Assembly (NCBI RefSeq): GCF_030684315.1
Contig: NC_081391.1
Location: 21,412,629 to 21,476,628 of the forward strand
Origin: Stegostoma tigrinum
Lineage: Eukaryota
DNA: 64,000 bases
Direction: 5' to 3'
Under the pieces are notes generated by a model. That model did no database searches. It saw only the letters and a program-made list of their open reading frames with translations, and had not been told where the DNA came from. Shown here piece after piece: positions 53,676-64,000 of the stretch. The translations under genes were made by a program, and so were the position numbers. Within the stretch, counting starts at the first letter, position 1; every line of letters starts with the position of its first letter.

Positions 53676-56600
53676 ATGGGGTCAATAATGTGTATGTTGT
53701 ACATGGTGACATAATGCTAGTAACTCGGTTGTGCTCTGAGCAAATCAAAATAGTGTTTACCATGGAACTGAGTACTTGGCATAATTTCACAGCTGCTTCT
53801 GGCTCTTGGTATTGCTGTTTTCACACCTGATCATTAAATCCTTTTCTGTTACTTCTGATTAACCTTTAATTCAATGCCTGCCCCAGTAGTTTGCTCCTCT
53901 TTTGTCTGTACGAATTCAGTCGGCAATCAATGTAGTGGAAATCCCACAAGTGTTCGGGTTTTTTTTGTCAGTACAACACTGTTTACTAGCCAAACAACTT
54001 TTCAGGACCAGCTTCTAGTCAATAGCTTGACTGAGACCAGTCCCCTGCCTAAGTGTTGGGAACTGAACTGGAGCCCTGCCCTGTGCAATGCTTAGGTCTC
54101 ATTGGAATAAGCAGCTGCAGGAAATCTCAGGTTTGGCTGCACCTGGGGGAAGAACTGTTCAGTCCCAAGACCTGAGACACATTATCATCTCCTGACAGAT
54201 GTTGCCACACCTGTGACTTTTTCTAGCACTTGGAGTCTAATGATTTGAGCATACATTCACTTTTCAAACAAGAATATAAAAGGAAAAAAAATTTAGCCTG
54301 GAAGATGCACTGATCTCTTTAGCAATTGCTTATCTACAAAGGATACAAGTGGTTTCGCTCCCATTTCCTTTGCTCCTTTATCACTGGTGGAAGGAGTGAG
54401 TCTAATGGCTGCCTGTAAGAGAATGAGAAAACTTGTTTTCACTTGTCTCAGGCTCTCACGCGTGCACTCGCCAGAGAGAATGACCTGTTAGTCAAGGCAG
54501 CAGTGCCCACCTTGGAGCGGGTGTGGCACAACTTCTAGCAGTGCTCTGCAACGTAAAGATTACATAGGCTAAGAACACCAGGTGAAAGTAAAGTTAGAAC
54601 CCAAATACCACGAGGAGAAATCAGCAGTTCCAATCTTTAGCTCTTTATTTTCAATGAAATCAGCTCTCCTGCTCTCAACTGACCTGCATGTGCCAGCACA
54701 TGCACTGCTCTGTGCCTGCCTTGTTCCTGATGTTCAGGGGTGACAGTCTCCTCTGTTAAAAGGATGTGGATGTCTCTGAGCTGACAGCATTTATTATCCA
54801 TTTCAAATTGCCACAAGGCCAGGTCAGAGGTGCACACATCGCTGTGCTTGCAGGGTCATATGCAGGCCAGGCTCGGTAAGGATGGGTTTTTGACACTGAA
54901 TTGAATGCTCCTCATTACCTTCTTAATTCCAGAGCGGTGTCAGATAGAATCAGGAGATCAGGCCAACACTCCAGAAACTTGATGGCCTCCAGCTCCAAGC
55001 AATGACTGTCAAGCTCATTATTAGGTTCTTAATGCCAGAAGAGAGTTGTTCAGACAGAATCAGGTCAACGGGTATCGGTCCAACACGCCAGGAGCTTAAG
55101 AGCCTCCAGCTCAGAGCAGCCGCGAGATTCATTCTTTCCGCCACTGACACACAGGGACTACAATATGTGCCGTCTAACAAATGCTGTAGAAATCCACCAA
55201 ATCTTCTTAGACAACACCTTCCAAAGCCCCCATTCATCCAGTGTTGGTGGATCAAAATGCTGCCATTGCCTCACCAGGAGCATTGGGGATCTGCCTCCAC
55301 TAAATCAACAACAGTTCAAGAAGGCAAGCCACCACATTCGCGAATCTAATGTTAGGCCTGATCTCGGACCAGTTCAAATATCTCAGCGTGGAGGTTCTTT
55401 TGTTCTAGTTCAAACATATCTGGAGTGCACAGTTCTAGCAGGTTGGACCCAAAGATGGTTATGCACAGAATTTCTGGAATACCCCCGGACAGAAAGTTAA
55501 TTGGTTACGATGATAATACTTTGCCCAAGTCCTTCTGTGTAGAAGTGTAAAGGACGTCTGTGCTTCAAGTTTCAAAAGTGGATTAATGCATTTGACAGGG
55601 TACACAGAGAGATCCTGCTTCTTTTCAATCCTCATCTAGGACTAAGAGTGGGGAATATGATTACAATCCTCGCATTAGAAGTAAATCATCTATGATAAAG
55701 CCAAAAACAGCTTCGTTTTGGAAAGGATAATATGTGAATCAGCAGATACATTTTTATTTGGTCAGATTTGATGTTGCCAATTGCTTTCCAATTTGAACAT
55801 AAAAAATTAATGCATTTTGCTTGAACAAACGTAGAAAGACAAAACAGGCTCGATGTTACAATTCTGAGGCGAGTACAGGAGCAGAGGGACTTTCAGTTTC
55901 AAGTATGTGATTACTGGAAAGACGCCGAGCCGGACAAAGCTGCTATGAGAAGGCTTTTGTGAAATGTGTGTTTTCAAATGGACGCAGAGAGTATAAAAGC
56001 GAAGAATAGATGTTACACCTGTACAAATCATGGGTTAGACCACATGTGCAGTGTTGTGTTCAGTTCTGGGCATGGTATTTAAGGAAGGACATTAAAGCCC
56101 TGGACAGAGTTCAAAGGGCATTTACGAGAATGACACCAGGAATGAGGTATTTCAGATACAAGGAAAGATGGAAGAAATTGGGGTAAATCTCCTTGGAGCA
56201 TAAATGTTTAAGAGGTGACTCTGTGGAAGTGATCAAAATAATGAACAATTCTGTCAGGGTAAAGGAGGACATTCTGTTTTCACCAGTTGATTATGGCAGT
56301 AATGAGGGGGTCACAGTTTGTCAGTAATGGAGCTCTGAGATGAGAACAAACCTCTCTATTCAGAAGGTTGTTAGGATTTGGAATGTGATGCCTGGGAGAG
56401 TGGCGGAGGTAGATCCCATAGGTGGCTTCAAAACAAGAGCTGGATATATACTTGGGAGTGACGAATATAGACGGTATAGGGCTGGGGAGGGGGACTAGGT
56501 GGGTAGCTCTTTCGGAAGCCGATACGGACATGATGGGATGAATGGCCTCTGTCATTAAAAATCCTCTGAATGTCCACCCAGGAACTTTTGTAAATTTTGG

Positions 56601-57393
56601 GTTTGTATTCCTCTCAGTCTTAAATGTCCAACCCAGTCCTCTTACATCAGGATACTCTGATCCTGGACTTCCCCCCCCCCATTGGGAACATCCTTCCTGT
56701 CCTTGCCCTGTCTGATCCTGTCACAGTTTTCTATGACCCAGAGTCAATTTCCCACCTTTCTGTCTCATATCCCAGCACAACAGGCTGAGAAACTGACACC
56801 TCTTCTTCATTGACTTCCTCATGCAGTTTGTCACAACCACCTTAATTTAGAAACAAAATGTTAAAGCTTTTTTCAAACCAAATGCAGTTCTTTTTAAAAA
56901 AGAGCCAAATAAGTTATGAAGAAGCATCCAGACCTGAAACATCAGCTTTTCTGTTCCTCTGATGCTGCCTGACCTGCTGTGTTCATCCAGCTCAACACCT
57001 TGTTATACAAATGACCCATGACCCATGACCCATGACCTGATTGAGTGGGACAGCAGGTTTGAGATGCTGAATGGCCTCCTGCTGTTCCAATCACAGAATA
57101 ACCATCCAGACCTGATTATGATCTCCACCTGTGATCAGCTCTGCTTAACACACCCACCCCCTCTCTCTCATTGGTGCCTGTATGCATGGGTGGTTCCTGA
57201 TTGGCTAGCAGCAACTGTCAGTCATCATCAGTTCTGCCTCTCCATGGGTGAGTGCAGGATGGCCCCAGGAGTATAAATACAGAGCTTGTGGAAGAGCAAC
57301 TCACTTCTTGAGTGGTTTTGGTTTTAGTGAGTGGGAATAGTGAAGATGGTCTCCCAAGTGTGTCAGAACTACCACAAGAACTGTGAAGAGCGA

Positions 57394-57450
57394 TAGGGTT
57401 AGGGTTAGGGTTAGGGTTAGGGTTAGGGTTAGGGTTAGGGTTAGGGTTAG
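57394..57450 (+). repeat. Interstitial telomeric repeat TAGGG(TTAGGG)8TTAG
   Basis: Perfect 57-bp array read directly. Confidence 0.98.
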
Positions 57451-58532
57451 ACACATCCCTCACACCCCGCCCCCAAGAGGATCCCCCTCGTTCTCACACA
57501 CCACCCCACCAACCTCTGGATACAACGCATTATCCTCCGACACTTCTGCCATTTACAATCCGACCCCACCACCCAAGACATTTTTCCATCCCCTCCCCTG
57601 TCTGCTTTCCGGAGAGACCACTCTCTCCGTGACTCCCTTGTTCGCTCCACACTGCCCTCCAACCCCACCACACCTGGTACCTTCCCCTGCAACTGCAGGA
57701 AATGCTACACTTGTCCCCACACCTCCTCCCTCACCCCCATCCCAGGCCCCAAGATGACATTCTACATTAAGCAGAGGTTCACCTGCACATCTGCCAATGT
57801 GGTATACTGCATCCACTGTCCCCGGTGCGGCTTCCTCTACATTGGGGAAACCAAGCGGAGGCTTGGGGACCGCTTTGCAAAACACCTCCGCTCAGTTCGC
57901 AACAAACAACTGCACCTCCCAGTCGCAAACCATTTCCACTCCCCCTCCCATTCTCTTGATGACATGTCCATCATGGGCCTCCTGTACTGCCACAATGATG
58001 CCACCCGAAGGTTGCAGGAACAGCAACTCATATTCCGCCTGGGAACCCTGCAGCCATATGGTATCAATGTGGACTTCACCAGTTTCAAAATCTCCCCTTC
58101 CCCCACTGCATCCCTAAACCAGCCCAGTTCATCCCCTCCCCCCACTGCACCACACAACCAGCCCAGCTCTTCCCCCCCCCACCCACTGCATCCCAAAACC
58201 AGTCCAACCTGTCTCTGCCTCCCTAACCGGTTCTTCCTCTCACCCATCCCTTCCTCCCACCCCAAGCCGCACCCCCCACTACCTACTAACCTCATCCCAC
58301 CTCCTTGACCTGTCCGTCTTCCCTGGACTGACCTATCCCCTCCCTACCTCCCCACCTACACCCTCTCCACCTATCTTCTTTACTCTCCATCTTCGGTCCG
58401 CCTCCCCCTCTCTCCCTATTTATTCCAGTTCCCTCCCCCCATCTGATGAAGGGTCTAGGCCCGAAACGTCAGCTTTTGTGCTCCTGAGATGCTGCTTGGC
58501 CTGCTGTGTTCATCCAGCCTCACATTTTATTA
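57451..58532 (+). mobile_element. 5'-truncated Penelope-like element (GIY-YIG endonuclease ORF 57754-58308; Neptune-like)
   Basis: CNCRKCYTC linker and VVYCIHCPRCGFLYIGETKRRLGDRF motif, C-rich 3' UTR. 16-bp TSD ACAAG[A/G]ACTGTGAAGA at 57374-57389 and 58533-58548. Confidence 0.93.
58443..58470 (+). ncRNA. Minimal hammerhead ribozyme core in the Penelope 3' region
   Basis: CTGATGA-AGGGTCTAGGCCC-GAAACGTC. Minimal hammerheads are an established feature of Penelope-like elements. Confidence 0.6.
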
Positions 58533-61057
58533 ACAAGGACTGTGAAGATGCTGTTAACAATCAGATCAACCTGGAGCTCTATTCCTCTTATGTTTACCTC
58601 TCCATGGTGAGCCTTCTGACATTGAAGACCTGACCTCAAATTGAAGCCTGTGATATATTTGCATTGACTCTCTTAGGTTTATTTTCTTGCCTAGTTTCAT
58701 GATTTAGTTGTAGCATGTGTTTTGGTCTGTGGCCCTTCCCTGACTGAATCCCAGTGAAATGGTTCACACTGACTCTGTTGGAAACTTGAAGTTTGTCTTG
58801 TATTGCAACTGACTCCTGGGTGACAATGGCCACTTTGTTATCTCTGGACAATGTACTCCTTAGTGACTTTTCTCCTTCCTCTGAAGGGATGAGCTGATGT
58901 TGCTGATAAACCTATATTTTCCTTAAATTTGGTTACAATTTTCTTTTAAAGAGAAGATTTCCCTGGTGAATATTTCTATGCAAAATGTACTTGCACTCTT
59001 AAAACTTTGCCCCATTCACCAGGCTGCTCTGGTCTGAAATAGTTCTCTTCTAAAAGAAAAGCAACTGCTGGAAATTAGAAACAGCAACAAAAATAGCTGG
59101 AATAGCTTTACAGATCTGGCAGGATTTAGAGAAATCAGTTCATGTTTTGGGTCCAGTGACTCTTCCCCAAAAGTCCTCTGTCTATTCAGTAGGAAGATAG
59201 ACAAGTGTGGCATGTTTTCATACTCCAAATCTGAATTACAGAAAAAGAAACCAGTTAGAACTCAGTGCTGAGTCGATGGTAGGACAGAGTGGGGTTATTC
59301 AGGTGGGTGATGTTTGTAATGCTGGCGTTCACCATGATTCATGGCTCTGTCCATCCACGTGCTCTTTCATTCAGTGCTGCGTCCTTGATCGGCTGGTTGT
59401 GTGTCCTCTCTTTCTTCTATAATCCATGGGAGAAGACCTTCTGCCTGTCTATCATGTTCCAGTAATTAAATGTCCAGTTCTGGTTGCCATACTAACAAAA
59501 GGATGTGAATGCTTTGGAAGGGGGTGCAGAGGAGGTTCACCAGGATGTTGCCTGGTATGGAGGGTGTGAGCTACGAAGAAAGGTTGAGTAGATGAGCATT
59601 ATTTTCATTAGAAGGTGGCAGATTTGGGGGTGGGGTCCTGATTGAGCTCCTCAAATTCATGAGGGGTGTAGACAAGGTGGATAGCAAGAAGCTTTTTCCT
59701 TGAGTGGGGAACTCAATTACTAGGGGTCATGAGCTCAAAGTAAGAGCAGGGAAGATTGGGTGAGATTCCTTTCAGTGTGGAAACAGGCCCTTTAGCTCAG
59801 TGCACACTGGCCCTTGAAGCATCCCACCCAGACCCATTTCCCCTATAACCCCCATACCACTGAATGCTACAGGCAATTTATCATGTGGATATATTTGGAA
59901 AGCTCTTTACACAGGTTGGAGGGTGCCTGGCACACACTGCCTGTGGAGGTGGTAGACGCAGTCACACTAGTGTCTTAAGATCTATCTGGACAGGTACATG
60001 GATGGGCAGGGAGCAAAGGGATACAGCCCCTTTGAAAATAGATGACCGATTTGAGACCAGATGTCGCTCGGTGCAGTGTTGGAGGGTCAAAGCCTGCTCC
60101 TGTGCTCCAGCTCTTTTGTCATTAAATGTGGAATCAAGATGGTGACTGGGTTAGTTTCTGATTGAGGAGTGCCATTGAATTTCAGATACATTTCCCTTTC
60201 CTGCCTGTTTCTTCCCCCACAGTTCTCTTACTTTGACCGGGATGATGTTGCCCTGCGTCACTTTGCTGAGTTCTTCAAGGAGCAGTCCCATGAGGAGCGA
60301 GAACATGCTGAGAAGCTGATCATATTCCAGAATAAACGTGGAGGTCGTGTCCTTCTGCAGGACATCAAGGTTGGATTCAATTTTTTCAGCTCAATACACT
60401 GGACTGATATCTCAATATGATCAGGTTCAGGATTAGACAAATACTGTATGAATGGGAGGTTGCTCAGCACAATATGATTTCCTTCACTAAAAGGAAACAC
60501 TTTTGCACTTGTGATTGAACAACAGTTGGCAATTGTGATCATCCTTTATTCTGGATGGTGAGCACATATCGGTGTCTACCGTTGCTTTGGACAAGATGAG
60601 GTGTCAAAAGGGAAAACAGAAATCTTTCAGGTGTGGAAAGCATCAGTATGAAGCCTTTATACTTCAAGGATGTTTCTGATGCCTTGAGATCATTCTGATC
60701 ACAGCATAGCAGGATTTATTTAGAAATGTCCCCCTTCAAGAACAGTACCAAATACAGCATGTGTTTTGCCAAGGTCAAGTTGGCCTGTAGTACCTCCCCT
60801 ACAATGATGAGGGATGACTAACTGATCAGATGTAGACTAATGATACAACTGCCTGCTGAGCTGTGCTTTCTGTTCCTGCTTCCCTCCCTCCAGAAGCCAG
60901 AGCAGGATGAGTGGGGCAATGGTCTGGAGGTAATGCAGAGAGCTCTGCAGATGGAGAAGGATGTGAACCAGAGTCTGCTGGATCTGCACAAACTGGCCTC
61001 TGGCCACACGGACCCTCATGTGAGTGTGGTGTATTTAAATCTGGGTTTTTTGAATAA

Positions 61058-61414
<357 letters not shown>

Positions 61415-64000
61415 TGAATGGGGTCAATATCTATATCTGTTGTACATGGTGACCTCATTCTACTAAATGACTAGTTGTGCTCTGAGCAAATTAAAATAGT
61501 GTTCACCATGGAATTGAGTACAGTGTGTAATTTCCATAGCTTCTGGTTCTTGGAGGTTTTTGTGCTGTCATGTCTGATCATCAATCCTTTGTTCTTTGTG
61601 ACATCCTTTGATTCAATGCCTGCCCCAGTAACTTGCTCAGTGTTTGATTCTGCTGTGTCTGGGGATTGAGTGGGCAATCCTTTTATTGGAAATTCCATAA
61701 CTGGTAAGGTTGTTGACAGATAAGTCAGCATTACTGACATCTACTCGCAGGGACAAGTTTGCAGGACCAGCTTCCAATCAATGCACTGACTGAAATCAGT
61801 CCTTTGCCTAAAGGGTAGGCACTGATCTAATGCACTGCCCTTGGTCATGTGTTTGGGTCTCTTTTTAAATAAGCAGATTCTGGAAACCAGGAGCAAAACC
61901 TGCTGGGAAATCTCAGGTTTGGCAGCATTGGGAGGGAGCAGGGTTGAACAGAACCTGGCCATGAGACACGTGATCATCTCTTGTTTGATTTTGTTGCCTG
62001 ACAGTGAGGTGTTTACCAGCAATTTGTTCTGATGCCTTGGTGTTACTCATTTTCGTAAATCGTAAAATTCCTCCTCCAAAGAGTTAGATAGAATGCTTTT
62101 CCGCAGTTTTTTTCTTTGACATAAGCAATTGCTTATTGCACTCTTCCCTGAGCTAGGGAATTAGTTTCTTCAGTACCTCCTTCTTACATGTCAGAGAAAG
62201 GAAACATCTACCTTGTCTTACAATGCTAAAGATGAGGAACTGCGTTGGGAATGAAGCAGTGCCCCCCTTGTTGCCTGTGTGATAATTTCTATTATTACCC
62301 TGCAACGAAGAGGTGACAAATACTGAGGATGCTTGGTGCAAAATCAAGCTAAAATGCAAAGAGCATGTGCAGAAATCAGCAGTTTCAATTTTCAAGCAGA
62401 TCAGATCGCCTGCTGTCGACTGGCTGATCTGTGACTCCACACAGTGCACTGTGGGGGCCTAATCACTATCAATCAGTCCTGAATTACAATGTGACTGCTT
62501 TGTGTAAGGGCTTTAACAGGATCAGGATATCACTGACGGGCAGCATTTATTATCCAGCTCTGATTACCCACCCAGCCCATGAGTCATTCAAATTAAACCC
62601 CTTTGCTGTGGCCGTGGGGTTACACATAAGCCAGAGCAGGTAAGGATGGCAGTTTCTTACAAACAAGGACATTAGTGAACTAGAAGAGGCTTGTTTGCAC
62701 CATCACTTCTGGAATGAGAATGATGTGCAGGAAATTCAGTGATGTCAGACAGAATCAGGAAAACAGGTAGCAGTCTAACACTCCAGAATGTTGACAGCCT
62801 CCAGCAAACGAGCAGCCACTTTAGTCAATCCTTCCACCACTGACATATGCAGAGACTGCAATATATACCATCTACCAAATGCTGTAGGAATCCACCAAAG
62901 CTCCTCAGACAACTTCTTAAAACCGTAACTACTTTCCATCGGACAAGGGCCGCAGAAATGTGGGAACACCACGCATCTCCACGTTCTACACTAAGCCACT
63001 GCTCATCTGGCGTTGGAAACATAGCCCACATTCCCTCCCTAACAGCAGTATGGCTTTGCCTACACCAAATGGGCAACAGTAACGCAAGAAGGAAAGTCAC
63101 CACGTTCTCGAAACTAATGTTAGCCCTGATCTCTGAGGGGTTCAAATACCTCTGGATGGAGAGGTTTTGGTGAAATTGTCAAGTTCCTGTTCAACCACAG
63201 CCGGAGTGCACAGTTCTGGCAGGTACGACCCCAACAATGGTCATGCACAGAATTTCTGGAAGTAACCTGGACAGAGAGATGGTTAATTCATCATAATGGC
63301 TTGTCCAGTCCCTCTGTGTAGAAGGTTAAGGGATGGCTGTAACTGATATTGTTCAGAGGACTAACGGATTTGACAGGGTAGAGAGGAAAGAACCCATTTC
63401 TTCTCAATGATCATCTCGGACTGTGCGGAGAATGGGATGACAATCTTCACATGAGAACTACATCATCCAGGATCACGTCAAAAACAGTTACTTTGTGGAA
63501 AGGACAACATTTGCACGCACAGATATTTACTGCACAAGGCTTGATGTTGCCAATCACTTTCCAATTTCAAGACATAAAAAAAAGTGAGTCATGCATTTTT
63601 GTCCAAGAAACACAGAAAGACAAAACAGGCTTGATGTTACAAATCTGATGTGAGTACAGGAGCTCAGAAGCTTTCGGTTTCAAGTATGCGATTATCTGAA
63701 AGTGGTCAGGCAGGATGAAGCTGTTATTAATGGAGATTGAGCCACCTATGTGAACCTTGTGTTTTCAAATTGAGGCATCGAGAATAAAAGCAATGAATTG
63801 ATATTGCACCTGTACAAATCATTAGTTAGACCACATTTCCATTATGTACTCAGTTCTGGGCATGGCATTCAAGGCACGACATGAAAAACCTCAAAAGAGT
63901 TCAAAGGAGATTTATTAGAATGACCCCAGGAATGAGGAATTTTAGATACACAGAAAGATGAAGGAAAATGGGCTAAATCTCCTTCCAGGTGACCTTGTTG

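Noticed and set aside
57394-57450. Telomeric tract as a chromosome end or fusion scar
   Set aside because: It is short, in a single orientation, and enclosed by a TSD, with the same exon continuing beyond it.
57218-57757. ORFs with NPNPNP / RVRVRV repeats
   Set aside because: These are translations of the telomeric repeat.

Overview
Vertebrate genomic DNA, most likely from a cartilaginous fish (inferred from the CR1-type LINE tails, tRNA-SINE heads and Penelope elements, plus TTAGGG repeats). The window is a head-to-tail tandem array of ten ferritin gene copies, all on the + strand. Each follows a 4-exon plan (102/147/126/147 nt of CDS, 173 aa). Five copies have intact reading frames (601, 12524, 27319, 33330, 47385). 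Five are disabled, each differently: 5' deletion plus acceptor loss; stops and a frameshift; one nonsense codon; Penelope-associated loss of promoter and ATG; and a Penelope insertion in exon 1. The proteins keep the H-type ferroxidase residues but end in an L-chain-like RLTL. The predicted 5' UTRs are very short and contain no iron-responsive element. Exons are nearly identical between copies, while introns and spacers form a mosaic of distinct types, pointing to gene conversion and unequal crossover. The most unusual structure is a 5'-truncated GIY-YIG Penelope-like retroelement in exon 1 of copy 10. It has a 16-bp target-site duplication, 57 bp of perfect TTAGGG repeat ending in GGTTAG at its 5' junction, and a minimal hammerhead-ribozyme core near its 3' end. 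All alignments were done by eye.
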